The notes under the pieces were generated by a model that ran no database searches, was not told where the DNA came from, and saw nothing but the letters and a program-made list of their open reading frames with translations. Position numbers and translations under genes: made by a program. This document shows, one piece after another, positions 8,156-17,916 of a stretch of DNA of 64,000 nt. Where the stretch lies: NCBI GenBank assembly GCA_964575675.1, contig CAZNRY010000002.1, forward strand, positions 2,187 through 66,186, written 5' to 3'. The stretch comes from an uncultured bacterium (GTDB lineage Bacteria; Eisenbacteria; RBG-16-71-46; CAIMUX01; VGJL01). Within the stretch, counting starts at the first letter, position 1. Every line of letters starts with the position of its first letter.

Positions 8156-9690
8156 TGAAACGGGACGGAGCAGGCGCGGATCGCCCGGAAGGCGGGTCGG
8201 GGCGCGTCGAGCCGGGGCGTCCGCGGGGCCGGCGATCACCTTCCCCTGCGGCAAACGAACCTCACGGCCGGATCCACTGCCTCAAGGAAGAACAGATTCT
8301 GGAGGCTGCGGCCGGGCTCTTCGGGGGTCGCGACCTCTCCCTCGTCACGATGGAGGAGGTCGCCGCGTTGGCGGGGGTGGCGAAGGGAACTCTGTACAAC
8401 TACTTCCCGTCGAAGGAGGCTCTTTACGCCTCGATCCTGACGGCGCGGATGAACGACCTTCTCGAAAACTTGGGGACAGCGTTACGGCTGGAGGAGGAAA
8501 CAAGGGTCCGCCTGAGGAAGTTCGTCGCGGAGGATCTCACCTTCCTCCTCGATCACCCCGACTTCCTTCGAATGCTTCGCAAGGAGGAAACCCGGCTTCC
8601 CCGCGAGCGAACGGCCGAGGTCCGCGAATTGCGCGAGAGGCTCCGCAACCTCCTTCGCGAAGCCTTGGGACGAGGGATGGAGGAGGGGAGCATCCGCCGG
8701 GTGTCGACGGGCTGGGCGACGGACCTGATTTTGGGGACGGTGGAGGGAGCGGCGCTCCGCTGCATCGAGGAGGGGTGCACGGCGGGACGCCGCGCGGAGG
8801 AGTCCGAGGCCCTGTTCGATTTCCTCTGGCGAAGCATCTCGGTGGCGAACGGCTCGCGGGAGCCTGAGCACGACTTGGTGGGGACGACCGTCTTGATCAC
8901 GCGCGAAGAGGAAGAGGGTGGGGAGTTGTCCTCGGCCATCGAGAGGCTCGGCGGTACGCCCATTCGTCTCCCACTGGTCAGGACGGCCCCGCCGAGCGAT
9001 CCCGAGCGCTTGCGCAGGGCCGCGGCCGAGTTGTCGCGCTACGACTGGATTCTCTTCACGAGCGCCAGGGGCGTGGATGCGCTCTCCGCGGCGTGGCGCG
9101 AGGCCGGATCGCCGCCGATCCGGCCGGGAAGCTCATTCGGCGCGGTCGGCGAGTCAACGGCGCGCGCGGTGCGGGAGCGATTCGGCCGCGTCGATCTTGT
9201 GGCGCCCGAGAGGTCGGGCGAGGGGCTCGCCGCTGCACTTCGGGCGCGGGGGGTCGACGGCGCCCGATGCTTGCTGCCCCGCGCCGAGCAGGGAAGCCCC
9301 GACCTGCCCCGCCTGCTCAGGGCGTCGGGTGCGTTCGTAGACGATGTGGCCGGCTATCGGACGGAAGCGGTGGAATCGAATCTCGACCCCGCCCTCGACC
9401 GGTTGAGAGACTCGCCGCGGGCTGTCGTGGTCTTTGCGAGCCCCTCGGCGGTTTGTGCCTTCGCGGATTTGGCCGGGTTCGATTCGGTAGATCGGATGCG
9501 TTCCCGGGTGCGGTTCGCGACGATCGGAGTTGCGACGAGCGCCGCCCTGCGGAGCTTCGGCTTCGAGCCCGATGCGGAGGCGCAGCAGGCGAGCTTCACC
9601 GCCCTGGCCGCGGCAGCGGCGAGGGCGGCGTCCATGGAATCGGTGGCGAAGGCGGAGCCAGGACGCACTCAGGAAGGAGGGAGCAGCTGA
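8155..9690 (+). CDS. hemD: Fusion protein: N-terminal TetR-family transcriptional regulator (HTH plus ligand-binding domain) fused in-frame to uroporphyrinogen-III synthase (HemD).
   Basis: Residues ~45-90 carry the TetR HTH: [44 protein letters not shown]. Residues ~240-512 are HemD-like ([58 protein letters not shown]). The frame is continuous with no stop across the junction (checked codon by codon at 8821-8940). The ATG start overlaps the hemC stop. Confidence 0.7.
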   Translation: MKRDGAGADRPEGGSGRVEPGRPRGRRSPSPAANEPHGRIHCLKEEQILEAAAGLFGGRDLSLVTMEEVAALAGVAKGTLYNYFPSKEALYASILTARMNDLLENLGTALRLEEETRVRLRKFVAEDLTFLLDHPDFLRMLRKEETRLPRERTAEVRELRERLRNLLREALGRGMEEGSIRRVSTGWATDLILGTVEGAALRCIEEGCTAGRRAEESEALFDFLWRSISVANGSREPEHDLVGTTVLITREEEEGGELSSAIERLGGTPIRLPLVRTAPPSDPERLRRAAAELSRYDWILFTSARGVDALSAAWREAGSPPIRPGSSFGAVGESTARAVRERFGRVDLVAPERSGEGLAAALRARGVDGARCLLPRAEQGSPDLPRLLRASGAFVDDVAGYRTEAVESNLDPALDRLRDSPRAVVVFASPSAVCAFADLAGFDSVDRMRSRVRFATIGVATSAALRSFGFEPDAEAQQASFTALAAAAARAASMESVAKAEPGRTQEGGSS

Positions 9691-10664
9691 TGGATTACAT
9701 CCCGGTCTCGCGTCCGCGGAGGCTTCGGCGGACCGAGGCGCTGCGGAGGATGGTGAGGGAGACGCACTTGGGCGTGGAGAATCTCATCCTCCCCCTCTTC
9801 GTCTGTCACGGGAAAGGGGTTCGCGAACCGATCGGTTCGATGCCGGGGGTGGAGCGGCTGTCGATCGATCATCTGGTTGGCGAATGCCTGGAGGCGCGGG
9901 ACCTTGGCGTTCTTGGCGTGATCCTTTTCGGGATTCCGAAATCGAAGGACCCCGAGGGACGGGAGGCATACGCGGAGGACGGAATCGTCGCGACGGCGAT
10001 TCGCGCGATCAGGAACGCCTGCCCCGAGCTGTCGGTGTGGGCGGATGTCTGTCTCTGCGAGTACACCGATCACGGCCACTGCGGCCTCATCAAGGGGGGA
10101 CAGGTCGACAACGACGCGACGCTGCCTCTGCTGGCCGAAGCGGCTACGGTCTACGCCCGCGCGGGCGCCGACGTTGTGGCCCCTTCCGACATGATGGACG
10201 GCCGCGTCCGGGCGATTCGAGCATCGCTCGATGGCGCGGGGCTCCTCGACACGGTGATCTGCTCTTACGCGGCCAAGTACGCTTCCGCCTACTACGGTCC
10301 CTTCCGCGAGGCTGCCGGCTCGACCCCGCGCTTCGGCGACCGGCAGGGGTACCAGATGGACCCAGCCAACGCGCGAGAGGCGCTTCGCGAGGTCTTGTTG
10401 GACGTCGAGGAGGGGGCGGACATCGTCATGGTGAAGCCTGCGCTGGCCTATCTGGACGTGATCCTCCGCGTCAGGAGCGAGGTCGATCTTCCGGTTGCCG
10501 CCTACAACGTCTCGGGCGAGTACGCGATGATCTGCGCGGCCGCCGCGAACGGCTGGGTCGACCGGAGGCGAATCGTGCTGGAGACGCTCACCTCGATGCG
10601 GCGAGCCGGGGCGGACTTGATCCTCACGTACTTCGCGAAGGAGGTCGCCGCGTGGCTCCGTTAG
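9690..10664 (+). CDS. hemB: Porphobilinogen synthase (delta-aminolevulinate dehydratase).
   Basis: [24 protein letters not shown]..., [20 protein letters not shown]. Start ATGA overlaps the hemD stop. Confidence 0.9.
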   Translation: MDYIPVSRPRRLRRTEALRRMVRETHLGVENLILPLFVCHGKGVREPIGSMPGVERLSIDHLVGECLEARDLGVLGVILFGIPKSKDPEGREAYAEDGIVATAIRAIRNACPELSVWADVCLCEYTDHGHCGLIKGGQVDNDATLPLLAEAATVYARAGADVVAPSDMMDGRVRAIRASLDGAGLLDTVICSYAAKYASAYYGPFREAAGSTPRFGDRQGYQMDPANAREALREVLLDVEEGADIVMVKPALAYLDVILRVRSEVDLPVAAYNVSGEYAMICAAAANGWVDRRRIVLETLTSMRRAGADLILTYFAKEVAAWLR

Positions 10665-11980
10665 GGCGGGAGGGCGAGATTCGCGGCGGCGAGCGGAGCG
10701 CCGGGCTCTTTGCCCGCGCCGTGCGGGTGATCCCCGGCGGCGTGAATTCGCCCGTCCGTGCGTTCGCCGCGGTCGGAGGGGGACCGGTGTTTCTGCGCCG
10801 GGGTGAGGGAGCGCGCGTTTGGGATGAGGATGGCAAGGAGTACATCGACCTGGTCAGTTCCTGGGGGCCTCTGATCCTCGGGCATGCGCACCCGGTAATT
10901 CGCGAGGCGATCGCCCGCGCGGCTGCGAACGGGACGAGCTTCGGCGCCCCCACGGAGGGCGAGGTCGAGTTCGCCGAGGCGATCGTCGATGCGGTCCCGT
11001 CGATCGAATCGGTTCGCCTGGTGAGCTCGGGGACCGAGGCGACGATGTCGGCGGTGCGTTTGGCGCGGGGGGCAACGGGGCGCGATGTGCTGATCAAGTT
11101 CGACGGGTGCTACCACGGGCACGCCGATTCCTTCCTGATCCAGGCTGGGTCGGGAGCCGCGACGTTCGGCCATCCGAGCAGCCCGGGTGTCACGGCGGGG
11201 ACGGCCCGGGACACGCTGAACGTCCCCTACAACGACCTCGACGCGGTTCGGGCGGCGGGCGGGGCGAACCACGGGGGCTTGGCCGAGATCATCGTCGAGC
11301 CCGTGGCCGCCAACATCGGATGTGTTCTGCCCGAGCCCGGCTTCCTCGCCGGATTGCGGGAGATCTGCGACCGCGAGGGAGCGATTCTGATCTTCGATGA
11401 GGTGATCACCGGTTTCCGGCTTGGGTACGGCGGCGCGCAGGAGCGGTTCGGGGTCCGGGCCGATCTCACGACCTTGGGGAAGGTGATGGGCGGGGGACTT
11501 CCGGTCGCCGCCTACGGCGGGAGGCGGGACTTGATGGAACATCTCGCCCCGTCGGGACCCGTCTACCAAGCGGGAACTCTGTCGGGCAATCCGCTCGCCG
11601 TTGCCGCTGGTCGCGCCATGCTGGGGCTCTTGAAGGAAGGGACGGCCTACCGGTCTCTGGAAGCGCTCGGCCAAAGGCTCCGGGGGGGGATCGAGGAGAA
11701 CATCCGGTCGCTCGGGGTGCCGGTCAGCTACACCGCGATCGCCTCGATCGGCTGTGTCTACTTCCGCCGGGGGCCCGTCCGGAACTGGGGTGATGCGAAA
11801 CAGGCCGACACGGACCGCTTCCGACGCTACTTCCGGGAGATGCTGAGACTTGGCGTCTATCTTGCGCCGTCACAGTTCGAGGCGGCGTTCCTTTGCGGGG
11901 CGCACACAGAGGAGGACATCGACTGGATCGTCGCGGCCAACCGCCGCGCGCTTGCGGCGGCCTTCGAGGAGACGGCGTGA
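10652..11980 (+). CDS. hemL: Glutamate-1-semialdehyde 2,1-aminomutase.
   Basis: [57 protein letters not shown]. No in-frame ATG exists; GTG at 10652 has AAGGAGG 8 nt upstream. Confidence 0.85.
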   Translation: MAPLGREGEIRGGERSAGLFARAVRVIPGGVNSPVRAFAAVGGGPVFLRRGEGARVWDEDGKEYIDLVSSWGPLILGHAHPVIREAIARAAANGTSFGAPTEGEVEFAEAIVDAVPSIESVRLVSSGTEATMSAVRLARGATGRDVLIKFDGCYHGHADSFLIQAGSGAATFGHPSSPGVTAGTARDTLNVPYNDLDAVRAAGGANHGGLAEIIVEPVAANIGCVLPEPGFLAGLREICDREGAILIFDEVITGFRLGYGGAQERFGVRADLTTLGKVMGGGLPVAAYGGRRDLMEHLAPSGPVYQAGTLSGNPLAVAAGRAMLGLLKEGTAYRSLEALGQRLRGGIEENIRSLGVPVSYTAIASIGCVYFRRGPVRNWGDAKQADTDRFRRYFREMLRLGVYLAPSQFEAAFLCGAHTEEDIDWIVAANRRALAAAFEETA

Positions 11981-13017
11981 ACGATCTCTTTCTGCGGGCC
12001 TGCAGGGGAGAGCCGGTCGAGCGGACCCCCGTCTGGATCATGCGCCAGGCGGGCCGCTATCTGCCCGAGTACTTGCGGGTGCGAGAGAAGTATTCCTTTT
12101 GGGAAATCTGCACGATCCCAGAGGTGACCTGCGAGGTGACGCTTCAGCCCGTCCGGCGCCTCGGCGTCGACGCGGCGATTCTATTCTCGGACATCCTGGT
12201 TCCTCTCGCGGCGATGGGTCTCGACGTCGACTTCCATCCGGCGCCGGAGATCGGAAATCCGATCCGCCGGCCCGCCGAGATCGACCGCCTCCATCTCCCG
12301 GAGCCCGACGGGCTCTTGGCCCGCGTTGCGGACGGGGTCCGGCTTATCAGGCACGAGCTCGACTCCTCGGTGCCCCTGATCGGATTCGGCGGGGCGCCGT
12401 TCACCCTCGCGACCTACGCCGTGTGCGGCGGCGCGTCGAAGAACCACGCCGAGATCCGAAGCATGCTCTTCGGCGATCGCGAGTCCGCGCACCGCCTGCT
12501 GCGCAAGATAGCCGACGGCCTCGTCGTGTCCTTGACCTCGCAGTGTGATGCGGGCGCGCAGGCGATCCAGCTCTTTGATTCGTGGGCGGGTCTTCTGGGC
12601 CCTGAGGACTACGCCGAGTTCGCGCTGCCGTACGCCCGCGACGTGCTAGCGCGGGTCGCGGGCCCGGGTGTGCCAAGGATCTATTTCGCTCCGGGCGCCT
12701 CGCCGCTGCTCGGGTCGTTTGCCGACGTCGGGGCGGAGGTGATCGGCGTAGACTGGCGGATCTCCCTCTCGGACGCGCTCAGGATTCTCGGGGATCGTTT
12801 CGCGGTCCAAGGGAACATGGATCCGGGCGTACTGCTCGGGAGTCCCGCCGCGATCGAGGAGCGGGTCATTCGCATCCTCGGCGAGGCGGATGGAGCGAAG
12901 GGACATGTGATGAACCTCGGGCACGGGATTCTCCCGGAGACTCCGGTGGAAAATGCGGTTGCTTTTGTCGATGCGGTGCGCCGCCACTCGCAAAGAGAAA
13001 TCGGGAGTGGCAAATGA
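11977..13017 (+). CDS. hemE: Uroporphyrinogen decarboxylase.
   Basis: PVWIMRQAGRYLPEY. The GTG start overlaps the hemL stop (GTGA). The track ORF begins earlier (11893) with an R/G-rich extension judged spurious. Confidence 0.85.
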   Translation: MNDLFLRACRGEPVERTPVWIMRQAGRYLPEYLRVREKYSFWEICTIPEVTCEVTLQPVRRLGVDAAILFSDILVPLAAMGLDVDFHPAPEIGNPIRRPAEIDRLHLPEPDGLLARVADGVRLIRHELDSSVPLIGFGGAPFTLATYAVCGGASKNHAEIRSMLFGDRESAHRLLRKIADGLVVSLTSQCDAGAQAIQLFDSWAGLLGPEDYAEFALPYARDVLARVAGPGVPRIYFAPGASPLLGSFADVGAEVIGVDWRISLSDALRILGDRFAVQGNMDPGVLLGSPAAIEERVIRILGEADGAKGHVMNLGHGILPETPVENAVAFVDAVRRHSQREIGSGK

Positions 13018-14411
13018 TAGATGGGAAGCCTGCTGCGAAGATCACTGCGGAGATGCTCCAGCGGTATGACCGGCCGGGACCCCGCTACACGTCCTATCCG
13101 ACGGCGGTCGAGTTCAATGAAGGGTTCGACTCCGCCGCCTATGAGGAAAAGCTCTCGGAGGCGAATGAAGGGAGAGGCGATCCTCTGTCCCTCTATTTCC
13201 ACCTGCCGTTTTGTCACGAGAGGTGCACGTTCTGCGGCTGCAGCGTCGTGATCACGAAGAAGCCGGAAGTCTCCGCCCGATACCTCGACTACGTTCAACG
13301 GGAGATTCAGATGGTGGCGGCCCGCCTCCCCGACCGGCGGCGGGTGAACCAGCTCCATTGGGGCGGAGGCACGCCCACCTACCATCGCCCGGAAGAGATG
13401 GAATCGCTCTGGGAAGCGATCACCCGCCACTTCGAGATCCTCCCCGGCGCAGAGGTCGCGATCGAAGTCGATCCGCGCGTGACGACGCCGGCCCAGGTTG
13501 ATCTCCTCCGGAAAGTCGGATTCAACAGGCTCAGCATGGGTGTGCAGGACTTCACCCCCGAGGTCCAGGTCGCGATCGGCCGCAACCAAGGACACGACGA
13601 GACGGTGGAGCTGTACGGCTATTGCCGCAGGGCCGGCTTCGACTCGATCAACGTGGATCTGGTCTATGGACTCCCGCTCCAGTCGGTCGAGACGTTCCGC
13701 CACAACCTCGCGCAGGTCATCGCCCTGCGGCCCGACCGGGTGGCCGTCTACAGCTTCGCCTACGTACCGTGGATCCGAGCGAATCAGAAGAAGACGGACC
13801 CCAGGACCTTGCCGACGCCCGAGGTCAAGTTCGAGCTGTTTCTCAATGCGCTCGAGGCCTTCACCGCGGCCGGTTACCAACAGATCGGCATGGACCATTT
13901 CGCGCTGCCGGATGATGAGCTCGCGGTGGCGCAGCGGGAAGGGCGGCTGCAGAGGAACTTCATGGGCTACACCGTCAGGCCTGCGACCGACCAGATCGGG
14001 TTCGGGATCACGTCGATCGGGGACCTGCGGGCGGCCTTCGCACAGAACGTCAAGAAGCTTTCGACCTACTACGCGGCAATCGATTCCGGGCGGCTTCCGA
14101 TCGAGAAGGGATACATGCTCGACGAGGACGATCGGATCAGACGGCACGTCATCACCCAGCTGATGTGCAACTTCGGCCTGTCGATCGCGGACGTGAATGG
14201 ACGTTTCGGGATCCGTTTTTGCGAGTACTTCGCCGCCGAACTCCTCGAGCTCGCCGAGCCCCGCGACCACGGTTTCGTGCAGTTCGACGAGAGCGAGATC
14301 CGCGTGACGGCAACCGGTCGCCTCTTCGTGCGAAACGTCTGCATGGTCTTCGATCGCTACCTCAAGCGGAAGATGAACGACGACCGGCCTGTCTTCTCGC
14401 GGACGGTCTAG
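13014..14411 (+). CDS. hemN: Oxygen-independent coproporphyrinogen-III oxidase (radical SAM).
   Basis: Radical-SAM CxxxCxxC motif in LPFCHERCTFCGC. 465 aa, matching full HemN length rather than the shorter HemW. ATGA overlap with hemE. Confidence 0.85.
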   Translation: MIDGKPAAKITAEMLQRYDRPGPRYTSYPTAVEFNEGFDSAAYEEKLSEANEGRGDPLSLYFHLPFCHERCTFCGCSVVITKKPEVSARYLDYVQREIQMVAARLPDRRRVNQLHWGGGTPTYHRPEEMESLWEAITRHFEILPGAEVAIEVDPRVTTPAQVDLLRKVGFNRLSMGVQDFTPEVQVAIGRNQGHDETVELYGYCRRAGFDSINVDLVYGLPLQSVETFRHNLAQVIALRPDRVAVYSFAYVPWIRANQKKTDPRTLPTPEVKFELFLNALEAFTAAGYQQIGMDHFALPDDELAVAQREGRLQRNFMGYTVRPATDQIGFGITSIGDLRAAFAQNVKKLSTYYAAIDSGRLPIEKGYMLDEDDRIRRHVITQLMCNFGLSIADVNGRFGIRFCEYFAAELLELAEPRDHGFVQFDESEIRVTATGRLFVRNVCMVFDRYLKRKMNDDRPVFSRTV

Positions 14412-14451
14412 GATCGGTGGCGCGCGACCTCCAGGCGCCGGGGGGAGATGG

Positions 14452-15420
14452 ATGCCATCGATCGTCCTGCTGAACCTCGGGGGACCGGCAACCCTGGCCG
14501 ATGTCCGCCCGTTCTTGAGAAAACTGTTCTCGGACCCATTCATCATCGAGCTTCCCGGCGGGAGGCTGCTCCGGCCCATCCTGGCCTGGGCCATTTCGAC
14601 CTTTCGGACCAGAAAGGTCAGGGGGTACTACCGGCTGATCGGGGGTGGGTCGCCACTCCGGCGGCTGACGGCCGCCCAGGCGCGCGGCCTGGGCGAGGAG
14701 CTGAGCCGCCGCGGACATCCGGGAGTGCGCGTCGAGGTTGCGATGCGCTATGCGGACCCCGGCGCCGAGGAGGCTGTCCGGAGGCTGCACGCGGCCGGAG
14801 AGAGTACGATCATCGCTCTCCCGCTCTATCCGCATGAGTGCGTTGCGACGACGACATCGAGCCTGGCCGATCTGGAACGGGCGCGCGACCTGCTCGCGCC
14901 GGAGGTCGAGATTCGGGCCGTGCGCTCCTACCATCTTCATCCGGGCTACCTGGCCGCGATGGCCGCGCGGATCCGGGAAGCGATCGATCGGCTGCCGGTC
15001 GATCTGCGACGCGGCGCAGTCCTCCTCTTCAGTGCGCACGGGGTCCCGGAGAGACTCCCGATGCGCGGCGATCCGTACGTGGCGCAGATCAAGGAGACGG
15101 TGGATGCACTGCGCGCGCTCGTTGGCAGCGAGTACGAACACCGGCTGGGCTTTCAGAGCCGAACGGGGCCGGTTCGGTGGGTCGGTCCCGGCACCGACAC
15201 CGTGATCGAGGAACTGCGGGGGCGTCCCGCGGTCGTCGTCGTTCCGGTCTCCTTCGTGTCGGATCACATCGAAACGCTCCATGAGATCGACCTTCTTTTT
15301 GGGGAGAGGGCTCGGAGGGCCGGGATAGGGCTTTTCGTGCGTTGCGAATCTCTGAACGATTCGCCGCTCTTTGTGGGCGCCCTCGCCGACCTGGCGGAAC
15401 CGTTCCTGGGGGGGGCGTAG
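14452..15420 (+). CDS. hemH: Ferrochelatase.
   Basis: MPSIVLLNLGGPATLADVRPFLRKLFSDPFIIELP, FSAHGVP, VVPVSFVSDHIETLHEID. Confidence 0.9.
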   Translation: MPSIVLLNLGGPATLADVRPFLRKLFSDPFIIELPGGRLLRPILAWAISTFRTRKVRGYYRLIGGGSPLRRLTAAQARGLGEELSRRGHPGVRVEVAMRYADPGAEEAVRRLHAAGESTIIALPLYPHECVATTTSSLADLERARDLLAPEVEIRAVRSYHLHPGYLAAMAARIREAIDRLPVDLRRGAVLLFSAHGVPERLPMRGDPYVAQIKETVDALRALVGSEYEHRLGFQSRTGPVRWVGPGTDTVIEELRGRPAVVVVPVSFVSDHIETLHEIDLLFGERARRAGIGLFVRCESLNDSPLFVGALADLAEPFLGGA

Positions 15421-15422
15421 CG

Positions 15423-16811
15423 GTGGCGGAAGTCGTCGTGATCGGCGGCGGGATCGCCGGCCTTGCCTGCGCCGATGAAATCCTCCGGCGCGACCCGGAA
15501 GGATCGCTCCTACTCGTGGAGGCGCAGGAACGGCTCGGAGGGAACATCCGAACCTCGCGCGAAGAGGGATTCACCCTCGAGTGGGGCGTGAACGGCTTTC
15601 TGGACAGCGTTGCCGAAACCCTCGAGCTCGTGGAGCGGATCGGACTGGCGGAGGATCTCCTCCCGGCGGGGGACTCCGCCGGGAAGCGCTTCATCTACCG
15701 GGGGGGGAGGCTGCGAGAAATCCCTCTTCACCCCCTTCGCTTCTTCGGCTCCGATCTCTTGAGCCTCGGCGGCCGGCTTCGAATCCTCGGCGAGCCTTTC
15801 GCCTCGGCCCGCAGCGGGGAGGACGAGAGCGTGTTTTCTTTCGCGGCGAGGAGGATCGGGCGCGAGGCTGCGGAGATACTTGTAGATTCGATGGTTTCCG
15901 GTGTCTACGCGGGAAACGCGCGGCAGCTGTCGCTCATGGCGACCTTCCCCAAGATGGCCGAGATGGAGAGAGAGCACGGGAGCCTCGTGCGGGCGCTCTT
16001 CGCGCGGAGGCGCGAGGCGCGCCGGAAGGACCGGAGGGGGGGAGGGCCCGCGGGACCGGCAGGGACGCTGACCTCCTTTCGCCGGGGGATGCAGGTTCTG
16101 ACGGAGACGCTGGGCAAGAGGATTGGGCCGTCGCGGATTCGCCTGGGCGCGCCGGTTAGCGAGGTAGCCCGGCGTGGATCGGGGTATCGGATCGCCTTCG
16201 ATGGGCCGGACGGGGCCGTCGAGGCCGAGCGCCTGGTCGTTGCGGTTCCTGCCCGAGCCGCAGCGCAGTTCCTTCAAGGGATGGATCCGGGGCTCTGCGA
16301 GCCGCTCAGGGAGATCGGGTACGCCGGCCTCGCCGTCGTGGCCCTCGGCTACAAGTCGAATGAGTTGCCGCTCGAACCTCGCGGGTTCGGGTTCCTGACG
16401 CCGAGGGGTCAGGGGCTGCGCATTCTCGGCTGTCTGTGGGACTCGAGCGTCTTTGGAGATCGGGCGCCGGCGGGACGGACCTTGCTCCGTGCGATGATCG
16501 GGGGCGCCCATGACCCGGATGCGGCAGGGCTGGACGACGGCGCCCTTATCGAGATCGTCCTCCGCGACATCCGCGCGAGCATGAAGATCGAGGCCAGTCC
16601 TCGCCTCGTCCGGGTTTTCCGCCATCCCCTCGGTATTCCTCAATACACGATCGGGCACCCGGCGCGCCTGCGGGCGATCGACGCTGCGGTTGAGCGGCAT
16701 CCTGGCCTGGCCCTGGTCGGAAACTCCTATCGGGGGATCGCGGTGAATAGCTGCGTCAAAGAGGCAGCCGAGCTGGGAGCGCGTTGGAACCCTCCGGCGT
16801 CGCAGTCCTAG
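15423..16811 (+). CDS. hemY: Protoporphyrinogen (or coproporphyrinogen) oxidase, FAD-dependent HemY/PgoX family.
   Basis: FAD dinucleotide fold VVVIGGGIAGLACA, EAQERLGGNIRT. GTG start immediately after the hemH stop. Confidence 0.8.
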   Translation: MAEVVVIGGGIAGLACADEILRRDPEGSLLLVEAQERLGGNIRTSREEGFTLEWGVNGFLDSVAETLELVERIGLAEDLLPAGDSAGKRFIYRGGRLREIPLHPLRFFGSDLLSLGGRLRILGEPFASARSGEDESVFSFAARRIGREAAEILVDSMVSGVYAGNARQLSLMATFPKMAEMEREHGSLVRALFARRREARRKDRRGGGPAGPAGTLTSFRRGMQVLTETLGKRIGPSRIRLGAPVSEVARRGSGYRIAFDGPDGAVEAERLVVAVPARAAAQFLQGMDPGLCEPLREIGYAGLAVVALGYKSNELPLEPRGFGFLTPRGQGLRILGCLWDSSVFGDRAPAGRTLLRAMIGGAHDPDAAGLDDGALIEIVLRDIRASMKIEASPRLVRVFRHPLGIPQYTIGHPARLRAIDAAVERHPGLALVGNSYRGIAVNSCVKEAAELGARWNPPASQS

Positions 16812-17271
16812 GAAGAACTGAGCCCGGACGCGATCCCTTCTGTCGCCGGTGCGTCACCGCCGCGCGAAATGGAACGCGGCGGATCCCCGCAAAGGGAACC
16901 CGCCGCGCGGTGGCCGGCCCGCACCGGATCGCCCCGGCAGCAGTTCGACGCGCGTCTCTAAGGCGCAGCAGATTCGAATGGTCACAGCACGGTCGGATGA
17001 TCACCGTCGCAGTCGCACTCACGGTCGGGTTTCCCGCCCTTCGCCAGGCGCCTATCCGTAGGACAAACTGGCAAAAGCCCGTTTCCGCGGTCGCTTGATT
17101 CCGGGTAGTACGAGCCGGCGACCCGATCTCCTCCCCCGGTGGGGCGCATGAGTCGATCAGGTCCCAATGCGACAATCAGGCAGCGTCGGCGAACCGGCAA
17201 TCAGGGACTTCCTGAGGATGACGGTGGAAATGCCTTAGCCGTCCCGCCGGGGTGATGGGTGCGCAGGCGGG

Positions 17272-17916
17272 CTAGAGCGTGGTCAACCCTTCGCGGATCG
17301 CGTACTTAGTGAGTTCCGCAACGCTGTTCATCTGTAGCTTGATCATGACCCGGCGCCGGTGCGTTTCGACGGTCTTGGCCGAGACCTTGAGAGCCGACGC
17401 GATTTCTTTCGTGCTTCTCCCCTCGGCCAAGAGCTGAAGAACCTCGCGCTCCCGGGCGCTGAGGGAAGGACCCCCCGCGGAACCGTTCGACTCCAGGCCC
17501 CGGAGGAACTCCCCGACCACCGTGCCGGCAATTCCAGGGCTCAAATACGCTTGGCCGTTGGAGACCGCCCTGATCGCGCGGGTCAGCTCCTCGAAGGCGC
17601 AGTCCTTAAGAAGATAACCCGATGCGCCGGCGCGAAACATCTGAAGGACGTAACGGCGATCCGTGTGGATCGACAGGGCGATCACCTTCGTCGTTGGAAC
17701 CGATACCTTGACCTGGTGGGTGGCCTCGATCCCGTTCATGTCGGGCATCGTCACGTCCATGATGACGATGTCCGGACGGGTCTCCTTGGCCAGTTCCACC
17801 GCCTTGCGTCCGTTCTCGGCCTCTGCGATCACCGACATCCCGGGCTGGCCCGACAGCAGCGAGCGGAGTCCCTGGCGCATGATCTTGTGATCATCGACCA
17901 GAAGGATCGTGGTCAT
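17272..17916 (-). CDS. NarL/FixJ-family response regulator (REC plus LuxR-type HTH).
   Basis: ILLVDDHKIMRQGL...DIVIMDVTMPDMNGIE, and C-terminal LSAREREVLQLLAEGRSTKEIASALKVSAKTVETHRRRVMIKL. Confidence 0.9.
   Translation of the reverse strand: MTTILLVDDHKIMRQGLRSLLSGQPGMSVIAEAENGRKAVELAKETRPDIVIMDVTMPDMNGIEATHQVKVSVPTTKVIALSIHTDRRYVLQMFRAGASGYLLKDCAFEELTRAIRAVSNGQAYLSPGIAGTVVGEFLRGLESNGSAGGPSLSAREREVLQLLAEGRSTKEIASALKVSAKTVETHRRRVMIKLQMNSVAELTKYAIREGLTTL

Noticed and set aside
14448-14837. Alternative 129-aa ORF starting at ATG 14448, overlapping the ferrochelatase start.
   Set aside because: The frame-1 ORF from 14452 gives the canonical ferrochelatase N-terminus. The alternative frame yields a low-complexity product.
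16960-17000. GATTCGAAT, which resembles a tRNA T-loop, in the hemY-response regulator spacer.
   Set aside because: No flanking complementary T-stem and no acceptor or D-arm context, so it is not a tRNA. No tRNA or rRNA was found anywhere in the window.
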